Positions 21,431 to 31,212 of a DNA stretch of 64,000 nt are shown here, piece after piece. Source of the DNA: an uncultured Chloroflexia bacterium. Lineage in GTDB: Bacteria > Chloroflexota > Limnocylindria > Limnocylindrales > CSP1-4. The position numbers and the translations under genes were made by a program. The stretch's first letter is position 1. Every line of letters starts with the position of its first letter. A model generated the notes under the pieces. The model worked only from the letters and a program-made list of their open reading frames with translations, was not told the origin of the DNA and ran no database searches. The stretch is from positions 2,070,476 through 2,134,475 of the forward strand of contig OY969796.1 of the NCBI GenBank assembly GCA_963703155.1. Direction: 5' to 3'.

Positions 21431-22662
21431 GCCCAGACCGGACCTCGCGCCGGCCGCCGCGGGAGCAGCCGTCGTCGCGCATCTGGCAGGCGGGGTTCGC
21501 GCTCGGGGCCGTCCTGGGCGTTGCGGCCACCGTCGCCGGCCGGCGGATCGAGCACCACGCGAGGGCCGCCGGGCTTGTCGACTGGGCCCGCGTCGAGCGC
21601 GTCGCCACCGCCCGGCTGCGCTCAGCGCCCGGCGCCCTCCAGCCCTGGGAGCTCCGCGACGCCGAGCCCTCGTACGCCGCGGCAATGGCGAGGGTGGTGC
21701 CTGCGCTCGAGGCGCACCTCGGCACGCCGCTGCCCGGCGTTGTCGACCGGGTGGCGGTGGTGGACCGCGGCGGCTGGGTGGCGGCCAACACCGTCGCGTT
21801 CGCCGCGCTCATGGGAAGGCTCGAGCTGGGCCTTCTCGACCAGCTGCTGCCTCCCGGTGCTGGCCTGACCAAGGCGGCGATGACGCTCGCGAATCGCTGG
21901 GTCACCACCACGCAGCTGGGCGTGCTGCTCGGGTTCATGGGCCAGCGTGTGCTGGGGCAGTACGACCTCGCGCTGATCTCGGCCGAGACCACGCCGGGGC
22001 GCCTGCTCTTCGTCGAGGAGAACATCCGCGCGACGGCCAAGGCGATGGACGTGCCGCTGGAGCCGTTCCGGGTGTGGATCGCGCTCCACGAGACCACCCA
22101 CGCGTTCGAGTTCGAGGCGCACCCCTGGCTCCGGCCGTACCTGGCTTCGCGCCTCGAGCGGCAGGTCTCGATGTTCTCCGACGACGCCTCGGATCTGGGA
22201 CGCGACGCCGTGCACCAGCTGGGGGCAACGCTCCGCGGCGAGGGCCGCCGCGACGACCAGCACTGGCTGGAGCGCCTGATGACCGTCGAGCAGCGTCAGG
22301 TGTTCCGCGAGACGCAGGCCGTGATGAGCCTTCTCGAGGGGTTCGGCGACCACGTGATGGACGAGGTGGGCCGCGACCTGGTCCCCGGCCACGCCCGGAT
22401 CTCGGCGCGGTTCCATGGCCGGCGCGCCAACCGGACGCCGTTCGAGCGGGCCATGCTGCGGATCACGGGCATGGACCTCAAGATGGAGCAGTACCGTCGG
22501 GGCGAGGAGTTCGTCGCGGGCATCGAGGAGATCGCGGGGCCGCAGGCGCTCCGGCGCCTGTGGGACGGACCCGAGACGCTGCCGACTCCGGACGAGATGG
22601 ACGACCCCGCGGCGTGGGTGCGCCGGGTGGGTGTGGGGCGGAGCCAGGGAGGGACGGCGTGA
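21427..22662 (+). CDS. Zinc-dependent metalloprotease (DUF2342/zincin-like)
   Basis: VLGQYD, WIALHETTH, MSLLEG, K.EQY..G..F, LPT..E...P..W. Confidence 0.88.
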   Translation: MSPDRTSRRPPREQPSSRIWQAGFALGAVLGVAATVAGRRIEHHARAAGLVDWARVERVATARLRSAPGALQPWELRDAEPSYAAAMARVVPALEAHLGTPLPGVVDRVAVVDRGGWVAANTVAFAALMGRLELGLLDQLLPPGAGLTKAAMTLANRWVTTTQLGVLLGFMGQRVLGQYDLALISAETTPGRLLFVEENIRATAKAMDVPLEPFRVWIALHETTHAFEFEAHPWLRPYLASRLERQVSMFSDDASDLGRDAVHQLGATLRGEGRRDDQHWLERLMTVEQRQVFRETQAVMSLLEGFGDHVMDEVGRDLVPGHARISARFHGRRANRTPFERAMLRITGMDLKMEQYRRGEEFVAGIEEIAGPQALRRLWDGPETLPTPDEMDDPAAWVRRVGVGRSQGGTA

Positions 22663-23741
22663 CGGGGACGGATGGGGTTGCGGCTGCGGGCTCGGACGCA
22701 CCCGGGCCGGGCTCGGGCCCGGGCGGCGTCCCGGCAGCGATCGCGCTCAGCCCGATCCTCGCGGCGCGCTACGGCGCGCGCAACCTCGAGGTCGTTCGCT
22801 CGGCCGCGCCCGGTGCGCGAATCGTGACGATCGGCTTCGACGGGCATCCCGACGGGCCGCTCGACGACGTGGAGGTGATGCTCCGGGGAGGGCTGCCGGC
22901 CGAGGTGTTCGACCGGATCCTGGTCCGAGCGCCAGCGTTGCGCTGGGTGCATTCGGCGACAGCAGGCGTGGAGCGCGTGCTGACCCCGGCGTCGCGCGCC
23001 CGCGGCCTCGTCATCACCAACGCCCGGGGCGTGTTCAGCCGTCCCATCGCCGAGTACGTGCTGCTGATGATGCTCGCGGCGGCGAGGCGCCTGCCCCAGC
23101 TGCTCGAGCTCCAGGCCGAGCGCACCTGGCAGCCGCTCGAGGCGCGCGAGCTGCGGGACATCACGGTGGGGATCGTCGGCCTCGGGTCCATCGGCCGAGC
23201 GGTGGGCGCGCTCGCGTCGGCGTTCGGCTGCCGGGTCATGGCGACGCGGCGGCGCCCAGAGGCGGGGTCCGCGGCCTCTGACGGGGCGGGCGACGAGCCG
23301 TTCCACGGCACGCTGGTGCTCGACCGCGTTCTCCCGCCGGAGCGGCTGCCCGAGATGCTCGCCGAGTGCGACTTCGTGGTGCTCGCCGCGCCGCTCACCG
23401 AGGGCACGCGCGGGATCATCTCGGACGCGGCCATCGCGCAGATGAAGCCCGGCGCCTGGGTGATCAACATCGCCCGCGGCGAGCTCGTGGACGAGCGCGC
23501 GCTGACCCGTGCGCTGCGCGAGGGCCGCCTTGGCGGCGCCGTCCTCGACACGTTCCTCGAGGAGCCGCTGCCGCCCACCTCGCCGCTGTACGACGTTCCG
23601 AACCTGATCATCACGCCGCACACGGCGTGGTCCTCGACACGTGTGCTGGACCGGTCCGTCGGGCTGTTCGCGGAGAACCTGCGCCGCTACGCGGCCGGAG
23701 AGCCCTTGGCCAACGTGGTGGACCCGAACGCCGGGTACTAG
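22659..23741 (+). CDS. D-2-hydroxyacid dehydrogenase
   Basis: TNARG, GIVGLGSIG, INIARG.LVDE, EEPLP, ITPH; GTGA overlap with the upstream gene. Confidence 0.92.
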   Translation: MTGTDGVAAAGSDAPGPGSGPGGVPAAIALSPILAARYGARNLEVVRSAAPGARIVTIGFDGHPDGPLDDVEVMLRGGLPAEVFDRILVRAPALRWVHSATAGVERVLTPASRARGLVITNARGVFSRPIAEYVLLMMLAAARRLPQLLELQAERTWQPLEARELRDITVGIVGLGSIGRAVGALASAFGCRVMATRRRPEAGSAASDGAGDEPFHGTLVLDRVLPPERLPEMLAECDFVVLAAPLTEGTRGIISDAAIAQMKPGAWVINIARGELVDERALTRALREGRLGGAVLDTFLEEPLPPTSPLYDVPNLIITPHTAWSSTRVLDRSVGLFAENLRRYAAGEPLANVVDPNAGY

Positions 23742-23761
23742 ACAAGGGGACGACGACCGAC

Positions 23762-24346
23762 GTGCGCCACGACCCAGCCGGGGTGGACCTTCGCTACCAG
23801 CCCGTGATCGGTGACTACTTCGATGCCATGGCGTCCGCCGCGAGGCACTCCCGTTTCGCGGCTGCGATGGGTGCCGCCCTTGTCGTCATGGCGTCCACGG
23901 CCATCGTCCTCATCGGCGACAAGGTGAGCGTGGTGATCCTGCTTGCCGGCATCCTCTTCCTGACCGGCCACCTGCCGGCGGCGCTGAGCCTGGGGACCGT
24001 CTGGCGCAAGCGGAGCCTGCTGACTCGCGAGGTGGTGATCCACGCCGACGCCACGGGCGTCCGCTCCTCGCTCGCGGGTACCAAGAGCGAGGTCGACTGG
24101 TCCACCTTCAAGCGGGTTCGCGACGTCCGGACGGCGTTCCTGCTGGACCTCGGGACCGGCGGCGGCGCCATCGTCCCGAAGCGGGTGTTCGACGCTGACT
24201 CGCTTGCGCGATTCCGGGCCCTTGCCCGCGGGGCGGGCGTGTTGGACGCGTCGTCGCCGGCCCTCGACCTGGGCGTAGGGAGCCTGATCGGCGTCGTCGT
24301 CGGCGGCCTGTTCATGCTCTCGATCGTGGTCGTCAACAAGCCCTGA
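23762..24346 (+). CDS. YcxB-like membrane protein
   Basis: Two TM helices, then SEVDWSTFKRV...FLL...IVPKRVF, then a C-terminal TM. Confidence 0.65.
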   Translation: MRHDPAGVDLRYQPVIGDYFDAMASAARHSRFAAAMGAALVVMASTAIVLIGDKVSVVILLAGILFLTGHLPAALSLGTVWRKRSLLTREVVIHADATGVRSSLAGTKSEVDWSTFKRVRDVRTAFLLDLGTGGGAIVPKRVFDADSLARFRALARGAGVLDASSPALDLGVGSLIGVVVGGLFMLSIVVVNKP

Positions 24347-24393
24347 GCGGAGCTGCGGGTCGCGGCGTCCTCGGCGACCGGTAGCATCAACGC

Positions 24394-25497
24394 ATGCAGA
24401 TCGCCATCGTCGGGCTTGCCGGGTGCGGCAAGACCACCGTGTTCAACACGCTCACCCGGGGCCACGCCGAGACCGGCGGCTACGGCGGGGTCACGCTCAA
24501 CGTGGGCGTGGTCAAGGTCCCCGACCCGCGCCTCGAGCGGCTCGCCGCGGTGTTCAAGCCCAAGAAGATCGTCCACGCGGACGTCACCTACGTCGACCTG
24601 CCCGCGCCCCCGGCCTCCACCGAGTTCCACGTGGGCACCGAGGAGCTCCCCGCCGAGCACCTCGCGCGCCTCCGCGACTCCGATGCGCTCCTCCACGTCG
24701 TCCGCGCCTGGGACGATCCAGCGCGCCCGCATTCGGCCGGCTCGGTGGATCCCGCCCGCGACCTGGAGCAGCTGGACCTCGAGTTCATCCTCGCCGATCT
24801 CTCGATGGTCGACCGCCGGCTGGAGCGCCTCAAGTCGTCCGGCCGCCACGGCACGCCCGCGGAGCGCGAGGCGAACGAGCGCGAGGAGGCGATCCTCTCG
24901 CGCCTCAAGCCCGCCCTCGAGGCCGGCCGCCCGATCCGCGACGAGCCGCTCGACGAGGACGAGGAGAAGGCGCTGCGCGGCTACCGGTTCCTCACCCAGA
25001 AGCCGGTGCTGGTCCTGCTCAACGTGGGCGAAGGTGACCTCACGGGAGAGCCCGCGCTCATCGCCAAGATCGCCTCCGGCTACGAGCACCGTCACGCCAT
25101 GGTCGACGCGCTGTCGGCGCGGATCGAGATGGAGCTGGGCGAGCTCGAGCCCGACGAGGCCGCCGTGTTCATGGAGGAGCTGGGGCTCCACGAGTCGAGC
25201 CTCGACCGGGTCATCGCGCTCTCGTATCGGCTGGTCGGGCTGATCTCGTTCCTCACCGCCGGCCCTGACGAGGTTCGCGCCTGGCCCATCCCGGACGGCT
25301 CGAATGCGGTCGACGCCGCCGGCGCCATCCACACCGACCTCGCCCGCGGATTCATCCGCGCCGAGACGATCGGCTACGAGGACCTGCTCGCGATCGGGTC
25401 GATGGCCGAGGCAAAGAAGCACGGCAAGCTGCGCTCCGAGGGCAAGACGTACCGCGTCCGTGACGGCGACGTGATCGAGATCCTGTTCAGCAAGTAG
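24394..25497 (+). CDS. ychF: Redox-regulated ATPase YchF (Obg family)
   Basis: GLAGCGKTTVFN, VPDPRL, LLHVVR, NVGE, AAGAIHTDLARGFIRAE, EGKTY.V.DGD. Confidence 0.93.
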   Translation: MQIAIVGLAGCGKTTVFNTLTRGHAETGGYGGVTLNVGVVKVPDPRLERLAAVFKPKKIVHADVTYVDLPAPPASTEFHVGTEELPAEHLARLRDSDALLHVVRAWDDPARPHSAGSVDPARDLEQLDLEFILADLSMVDRRLERLKSSGRHGTPAEREANEREEAILSRLKPALEAGRPIRDEPLDEDEEKALRGYRFLTQKPVLVLLNVGEGDLTGEPALIAKIASGYEHRHAMVDALSARIEMELGELEPDEAAVFMEELGLHESSLDRVIALSYRLVGLISFLTAGPDEVRAWPIPDGSNAVDAAGAIHTDLARGFIRAETIGYEDLLAIGSMAEAKKHGKLRSEGKTYRVRDGDVIEILFSK

Positions 25498-25510
25498 CGA
25501 GGCGCTCGTG

Positions 25511-25954
25511 ATGACCGACGCCGGCCTGCGGATTCGCCAGATGACTGCGGACGACTACGACGCGGTCGTCGCCCTCTGGCGGGATACCCCGGGCGTCGGG
25601 CTCGGGGTGGGGGACGAGCGCGAGGCCGTCGCGGCGTGCCTCGATCGGAACCCGGGCCTGAGCCAGGTCGCGCTGCGGGGCGAGACCCTGGTGGGGGCGG
25701 TGCTGTGCGGCCACGACGGACGGCGCGGCAGCATCAACCACCTGGCGGTCGTGCCCGGCGAGCGCGGCCGGGGCCTCGGCCGCGAACTGGTGGACCGCTG
25801 CCTCGACGGGCTCCGCGACGCCGGCATCGGCAAGTGCAACATCGTCGTCTACGGCGACAACGCCGACGGTCAGGCGTTCTGGCGCGCCACCGGTTGGCGC
25901 CCCCGCGACGACCTGCTCCTCATGCAGCGAACGATCGAGGGTGGCCAGAGCTAG
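25511..25954 (+). CDS. GNAT family N-acetyltransferase (YpeA-like)
   Basis: CGHDGRRGSINHLAV....RGRGLG, N..GQAFW...GW. Confidence 0.9.
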   Translation: MTDAGLRIRQMTADDYDAVVALWRDTPGVGLGVGDEREAVAACLDRNPGLSQVALRGETLVGAVLCGHDGRRGSINHLAVVPGERGRGLGRELVDRCLDGLRDAGIGKCNIVVYGDNADGQAFWRATGWRPRDDLLLMQRTIEGGQS

Positions 25955-25973
25955 CTGGACGCCGCATCCGGGG

Positions 25974-26360
25974 TGGTGGCGCCGAATCCGCCAACGACCT
26001 TGCCTGGTGGCGCCGGACCACCAAACGCGGCGTCGACCGCCTGGTCCGGCGCGATTTGGTGGCGCCGGACCACCAAACGCGGCGTCGACCGCCTGATCCG
26101 GCGCGATTTGGTGGCGCCGGACCACCAGACGCGGCGTCGGCCGCCGCGGGACGGCGCGATTTGGTGGCGCCGGACCACCGGGTCCTCCCCGTGCGCCGCG
26201 GGATGGCCCGAATTGGTGGCGCCGGACCACCAAACGCGGCGTCGGCCTCGGGGGAGGGCGCGATCTGGTGGCGCCGGGCCACCGGGTCCTGCCCGTGCGC
26301 CGCGGCATGGCGCGACTTGGTGGCGCCGGGCCACCGGGTCCTGCCCGTGCGCCGCGGGAG
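25974..26360. repeat. Tandem array of ~52-bp units carrying the hairpin TGGTGGCGCCGG(A/G)CCACC
   Basis: Core at 26005, 26057, 26109, 26162, 26214, 26266 and 26318, plus a degenerate copy at 25974; lies between convergent genes. Confidence 0.93.
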
Positions 26361-26404
26361 GGGCGGGGCCGAGCGCGCCGAACGCCGGTTGCGCCGCGAC
26401 GGAC

Positions 26405-26749
26405 TCAGTTCAGCCGAGGGTCGCCCGCCTGGAGGTCCGCCAGGATCTCCGCGTAGTCCGCACCCTCCTCGGCGGGCTCGAGGTCGGCCAGGAAGTTCTC
26501 CTCCGGGTCGCGCGATACGTTCACCGCGGCGGTCAGCCGGTCGTCGGTGATGGCGGTGAACTCGTAGTTCGCCTCCAGCTCCTCGGCGATGGCCTCCACG
26601 AGCGTGTCCCTCTCGAAGTTGTCCACCACGCGCCGACGGATGGTCTGGACGATCTCGAAGAACTCCTCGGGGTCCATCTCGTCCTCGCGGATGAGGAGGA
26701 TGTCGGCGTAGACGTCGTCGTCGCCTTCGTGGAGCTCGTAGAAGTGCAT
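26405..26749 (-). CDS. Small highly acidic hypothetical protein (114 aa)
   Basis: MHFYELHEGDDD...; strong GC3 codon bias; -10 TATACT on the minus strand near 26813-26818. Confidence 0.8.
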   Translation of the reverse strand: MHFYELHEGDDDVYADILLIREDEMDPEEFFEIVQTIRRRVVDNFERDTLVEAIAEELEANYEFTAITDDRLTAAVNVSRDPEENFLADLEPAEEGADYAEILADLQAGDPRLN

Positions 26750-26849
26750 GATTGGAGACCTCGGTCGAGACGGCGTCCTGGAGCCGTCGTGGTGAGCATG
26801 CGCAGGGCGGTCAGTATAGGCGGGGCGTCGAGCGACCCCGGGAGGATGG

Positions 26850-27764
26850 ATGAGCGGAACGCCGGACGTCGTGGTGGTCGGGTCTGCCTGCCGTGACCTG
26901 GTCGATGACGACCCGCGCGGCTGGCGACTTGGGGGCGGCGCCTCGTACTCGGCGCTCGCGCTGGCGCGCCTGGGCCTGCGGGTGGGCGCGATCGTGGTGG
27001 CCGATGAGCTTGCCGCCGGGTCCAGCGAGATCGAGATGATCCGCGACGCGGGCGTGGACGTCCTGATCCAGCCAGACTCGAAGGGGCCCATCTTCATCAA
27101 CACCGAGACGCCGACAGGTCGTATCCAGCAGACCCCCCAGGTGTCCGATCCCGTCGACCCGGCCGCGCTGCCGGACGCCTGGCGGGCGGCCCACGCGTGG
27201 ATGATCGCCCCCGTGGCCGCCGAGATCCCCGACGTCTGGGCCGACATCCCGCCGCCCGACGCCCACGTCGCCCTCGGCTGGCAGGGCCTCCTGCGCGTGC
27301 TGGTCGCGGGCGCCAAGGTCCACCACCGCCAGCCGTTCACGTCGCCGGTCGTGTGGCGGGCGAACCTCATCGGGGTGGGCGTGGACGACATCGACGACGC
27401 CACGAGCGCGGCCGACCTCGCGACCCTGCTCCGCCCGGGCGCCGAGATGCTGCTCACCGACGGGATCCACGGCGGCAATGCCCACCGGGTGGGGGAGGAC
27501 GGCGTCATCGCCTCCACGCGGCACTGGCACTCGATCCCCATCCGGACCTACGTTGACCCGGTCGGCGCGGGCGATTCGTTCTTGGCCGGCGTCTTCGCGG
27601 CCCAGGTCCAGCCCTCCCTGGTGGCGTGCTGGACCGGCGATGACGGAGACCTGCGGCTGGGCGCGGCCTGCGGCTCGCTGATCCTCGAGGGCCCGGGGCT
27701 GTTCGGCGTTCCGCACATCGGTGACGCGCTCGCGCGGATGTCCGGGGGCGACAACCCCGACTGA
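26850..27764 (+). CDS. PfkB family carbohydrate kinase
   Basis: LGGGASYSA N-terminal motif and VDPVGAGDSFLAG C-terminal motif. Confidence 0.9.
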   Translation: MSGTPDVVVVGSACRDLVDDDPRGWRLGGGASYSALALARLGLRVGAIVVADELAAGSSEIEMIRDAGVDVLIQPDSKGPIFINTETPTGRIQQTPQVSDPVDPAALPDAWRAAHAWMIAPVAAEIPDVWADIPPPDAHVALGWQGLLRVLVAGAKVHHRQPFTSPVVWRANLIGVGVDDIDDATSAADLATLLRPGAEMLLTDGIHGGNAHRVGEDGVIASTRHWHSIPIRTYVDPVGAGDSFLAGVFAAQVQPSLVACWTGDDGDLRLGAACGSLILEGPGLFGVPHIGDALARMSGGDNPD

Positions 27765-27824
27765 CAGGGGGCCTCGCACGCCCCGTCGCGGCCGCGGTGC
27801 AGCCGCGGACCCGCGTCTTCCGCG

Positions 27825-27838
27825 TGCAAGCGCTTGCG
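27825..27838. promoter_or_regulatory. LacI-type operator 1 (TGCAAGCGCTTGCG)
   Basis: Palindrome with central CG upstream of the Gfo/Idh/MocA gene; matches two other sites in the cluster. Confidence 0.8.
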
Positions 27839-27928
27839 TCGAATGGCACGATGATGCGGGCAGCGGACAATCGCCTGATGCGGGGTCCGCGTGCGCGCAC
27901 GGCGCAAGGGCGCCCAGAGGAGGATCGG

Positions 27929-28954
27929 ATGGCTGCACGGCTCGGGATCGGGGTCGTCGGGCTGGGGCGCATGGGCGCGATGCACGCGCGGTACGTGGCG
28001 CGTGGCGTCCCTGGGGCCAAGGTCGTTGCCGTCGCCGACTTCGACACCGATCGAGCCCGCGCGATGGGCGCCGAGCTGGACGTCACGAACGTCTTCGGCT
28101 CGGCGGCCGAGCTGGCGGCCTGCCCCGATGTGGACGCGGTCCTGCTGGCCACCCCGTCGGTCCGCCATCCCGACGACGTGATCGCGGTTGCCTCGGCCGG
28201 CAAGGACGTCCTGTGCGAGAAGCCGCTCTCGCTCGAGGTGGCGGGCTCGGAGGCCGCGCTCGCCGCGGTGGCGCGGGCCGGCGTCCGCCTCCAGGTGGGT
28301 CTCATGCGCCGCCACGACCCCGACTACCTGCGTGCCGCCGAGCGCCTTGCCGGGGGTGCTGTCGGGCGACCCGTGCTGTTCAAGAGCCTGCAATTCGACC
28401 CGGAACCGCCGTCCCTCGCGTTCTGCGACCCCAGGGTCTCGGGCGGGATCTTCCTCGACATGGGGATCCACGAGTTCGACCTCGCGCGCTGGCTGATGGC
28501 CGACGAGGTGGTCGAGGTGCACGCCTGGGCGACATCGGTCGGCGTCCCGGAACTTGCCTCGGTGGGGGACTACGACAGCGCGGTGGTCAACCTGCGGTTC
28601 GCGGGGGGCGGGACGGGCACCGTCGAGCTCGCCCGCACGGCGGTGTATGGCGAGGACGTCCGCACCGAGGTCGTCGGGAGCGAGGGCGGTGTCTTCGTCG
28701 GGCGGCTGCCGTATTCGCAGGGCGCCTATGGGACCCGCGAGACGATCACGATCGACGCGGTCGATCCCGCCCAGATGCGATTCGCGACGGCCTACGCGGC
28801 ACAGGTCCGGGCATTCGTCCGGGCACTGGCCGAAGATCGGCCGGTCACGCCAACCGGCGAGGATGCCCTGGCCGCGCTGCGGATCTCGTTGGCGGCGCGC
28901 GCGTCGGCCCAGCGCGGCGGGACCGTGACCGTGGCGTCGGTGGTTGCCGGATGA
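27929..28954 (+). CDS. Gfo/Idh/MocA oxidoreductase (inositol 2-dehydrogenase-like)
   Basis: GVVGLGRMG, VLCEKPLS, SGGIFLDMGIHEFDLARW, YG.DVRTEV.G. Confidence 0.9.
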   Translation: MAARLGIGVVGLGRMGAMHARYVARGVPGAKVVAVADFDTDRARAMGAELDVTNVFGSAAELAACPDVDAVLLATPSVRHPDDVIAVASAGKDVLCEKPLSLEVAGSEAALAAVARAGVRLQVGLMRRHDPDYLRAAERLAGGAVGRPVLFKSLQFDPEPPSLAFCDPRVSGGIFLDMGIHEFDLARWLMADEVVEVHAWATSVGVPELASVGDYDSAVVNLRFAGGGTGTVELARTAVYGEDVRTEVVGSEGGVFVGRLPYSQGAYGTRETITIDAVDPAQMRFATAYAAQVRAFVRALAEDRPVTPTGEDALAALRISLAARASAQRGGTVTVASVVAG

Positions 28955-29937
28955 GCGAGACGCTGCCGGCGATCGGCTTCCAGGTGTGGGGCCAGTTCAC
29001 CGACTGGCCATCGCTGGAGCACACGGCGAGACGGATCGATGGGCTGGGCTTCGCGAGCCTGTGGTCGAACGACCACTTCTTCCCGGCGGCAGGGGCCGCG
29101 TACCAGTCGGACGGCGCGCCTCCGGGGCCGTTCCTCGAGGGCTGGGTCACGCTCGCAGGCTTCGCGATGGCGACCTCGCGGGTGGCGCTGGGGGTCCTTG
29201 TCAGCGGCGCCGGGTACCGCAACATCGGCCTGACGGTGAAGCAGGCGACCGCGGTGGACCATCTCGCCGGAGGGCGGGTGACGCTCGGCCTCGGGGCGGG
29301 CTGGCATCCACGCGACCACGCTGCATTCGGGTTCGACCTGCCGTCCATCGCCGAGCGCCTGGACCGGCTGGAGGAACAGGCGGCGGCGGCGCGGGCGCTC
29401 CTCGACGGCGAGACGGTCACCACGGCCGGGCGCCACGTCCGGCTGGAGCGCGCCGTCAACTTGCCGCCCCCGGTCCGAGACCGGATGCCCCTGCTGCTGG
29501 GCGGCAGTGGCGAGAAGCGCACCCTGCGCATCGTGGCCCGCCACGCCGACGTCTGGAACGGCGAGGGTGACGTGGCGACCTGGGCACGGCGCAACGCGAT
29601 CCTCGACGAGCACTGCGCGGTGGTGGGCAGGGATCCCGGCGCCATCCGCCGGACGGTTGGCTTGCCGCCTGCGTCGATCCGAGCGACGCGAGCCGCCGCG
29701 GTCGCTGCGCTGGTGGAGCGCCTGCGCGCCAACGGGCTTGACGCGGACGAGGCGCGGCAGATCGCCGAGGTGTCGCCTGTCGCCGGAACGCCGGGCGCGG
29801 TCGCCGAGGCCTTGCGGGCCTACGCCGACGCCGGGGCGGCCGAGGTGCTGATCGACTGGCCCGCGCCGTTCGACGACGAGACGCTCGATGCCCTCGCCGG
29901 GCTCGAACCGCAGGTGCTGCACCAGCCGCGCCGGTAG
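28951..29937 (+). CDS. LLM-class (luciferase-like, probably F420-dependent) oxidoreductase
   Basis: SLWSNDHF, EGWVTLAG, LGVLV, VDHLAGGR..LGLGAGW, GGSGEKRTLRIVARHADVWN. Confidence 0.9.
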   Translation: MSETLPAIGFQVWGQFTDWPSLEHTARRIDGLGFASLWSNDHFFPAAGAAYQSDGAPPGPFLEGWVTLAGFAMATSRVALGVLVSGAGYRNIGLTVKQATAVDHLAGGRVTLGLGAGWHPRDHAAFGFDLPSIAERLDRLEEQAAAARALLDGETVTTAGRHVRLERAVNLPPPVRDRMPLLLGGSGEKRTLRIVARHADVWNGEGDVATWARRNAILDEHCAVVGRDPGAIRRTVGLPPASIRATRAAAVAALVERLRANGLDADEARQIAEVSPVAGTPGAVAEALRAYADAGAAEVLIDWPAPFDDETLDALAGLEPQVLHQPRR

Positions 29938-29948
29938 GGCGCAGTACG

Positions 29949-30000
29949 TTGACACCCGCTCGTCCGCGGTGCTAGGTTGCGATTCACGCAATCGTTTGCG
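29949..30000 (+). promoter_or_regulatory. Promoter TTGACA-18-TAGGTT with LacI-type operator 2 (CGCAATCGTTTGCG)
   Basis: -35 at 29949-29954, -10 at 29973-29978, operator at 29987-30000 just past the predicted TSS. Confidence 0.8.
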
Positions 30001-30084
30001 TTCACCCTGGTCGGAGGCGCTGGTGACGTATCGGCTCGACTCAGACGGGAACTCACGGGGCGGCCTCGCCCTGGCCTGCTGCTG

Positions 30085-31200
30085 GTGAGCGCCCCGGACG
30101 CGGCACACGCCTCGCCGACCGCCCCCGCGATCGAGCTCGTCGGCGTGACGAAGCGGTACGGCGACACCGTCGCCCTCAACAACGTCTCGCTCCAGATCAT
30201 GCCGGGCGAGTTCTTCTGCCTCCTCGGCCCGTCGGGCTGCGGCAAGACCACCACGCTCAACATCATCGGCGGCTTCATCCCGCTCACCACGGGCGAGCTG
30301 CGGATCGAGGGCAGGCTGGTCAACGAGCTGCCCCCGCACAAGCGGAACGTCAACACCGTCTTCCAGAACTACGCGCTGTTCCCCCACATGTCGGTGCTGC
30401 AGAACGTCGCGTTCGGGCTCCAGATGAGCGGCGTCAAGGGATCGGCCGGGGACCGGCGCGCCATGGAGTACCTCGAGCTGGTGGGCCTCGAGGCCTACGC
30501 GCAGCGGATGCCCAGCCAGCTGTCGGGCGGTCAGCAGCAGCGCGTCGCCCTGGCCCGGGCGCTCGTCAAGCAGCCGGCGGTCCTCCTGCTCGACGAGCCG
30601 CTCGGCGCCCTCGACCTCAAGCTGCGCAAGCAGATGCAGATCGAGCTGGCGCGCATCCACCGCCAAGTGCGCACGACCTTCGTGTTCGTCACGCACGATC
30701 AGGAGGAGGCGCTCTCGATGGCCACGCGGGTGGCCGTCATGTCCGCGGGCCAGGTCGCGCAACTGGGCGTGCCGCGTGACGTCTACTACCGCCCGCTCAG
30801 CCGATTCGTTGCGGGCTTCATCGGCGAGTCGAACTTCATCTCGGGCGCGGGCGAGACCGACGCTGACGGCCGCTGCGCGCTCCGAGTGGACCCCACAACG
30901 GTGGTGCCGGGACCGGCGGACCTGGGCACGGGACCCAGGACGCTCGTCGTCCGCCCCGAGAACATGCGCGTCGAGGCACAGCGTCCCTCCGGCGATGTCG
31001 CCGCGATCAGCGGCAAGGTCGTCGGCGTCAGCTTCCTGGGCGCCTACACGCGATTGGCAGTCGACACACAGGCCGGGCGGCTCGTGGCCGCTCCGCCGAA
31101 CGTTGAGGGGTCGCGCTCTGCGGCGCATGCCGAGTTGCTCGACCAGCAAGTGTGGGTCTGGTGGTGGCCCGGAGATGCCGTGGCCGTCGGCCAGGACTGA
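30085..31200 (+). CDS. ABC transporter ATP-binding protein (PotA-type, TOBE domain)
   Basis: GPSGCGKTT, VNTVFQNYALFPHM, LSGGQQQR, LLLDEPLGALDLKLR. Start codon uncertain. Confidence 0.93.
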   Translation: MSAPDAAHASPTAPAIELVGVTKRYGDTVALNNVSLQIMPGEFFCLLGPSGCGKTTTLNIIGGFIPLTTGELRIEGRLVNELPPHKRNVNTVFQNYALFPHMSVLQNVAFGLQMSGVKGSAGDRRAMEYLELVGLEAYAQRMPSQLSGGQQQRVALARALVKQPAVLLLDEPLGALDLKLRKQMQIELARIHRQVRTTFVFVTHDQEEALSMATRVAVMSAGQVAQLGVPRDVYYRPLSRFVAGFIGESNFISGAGETDADGRCALRVDPTTVVPGPADLGTGPRTLVVRPENMRVEAQRPSGDVAAISGKVVGVSFLGAYTRLAVDTQAGRLVAAPPNVEGSRSAAHAELLDQQVWVWWWPGDAVAVGQD

Positions 31201-31212
31201 GGAGGAGGCAGC

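Noticed and set aside
25974..26360. CRISPR array
   Set aside because: Spacers are near-duplicates of two types, repeats are short and degenerate, and there is no AT-rich leader or cas gene in 64 kb.
26850..27764. PfkB kinase as IolC of the cyclitol cluster
   Set aside because: It lies upstream of the first operator, has no operator of its own, and shows no IolC-specific similarity that I could recognise.
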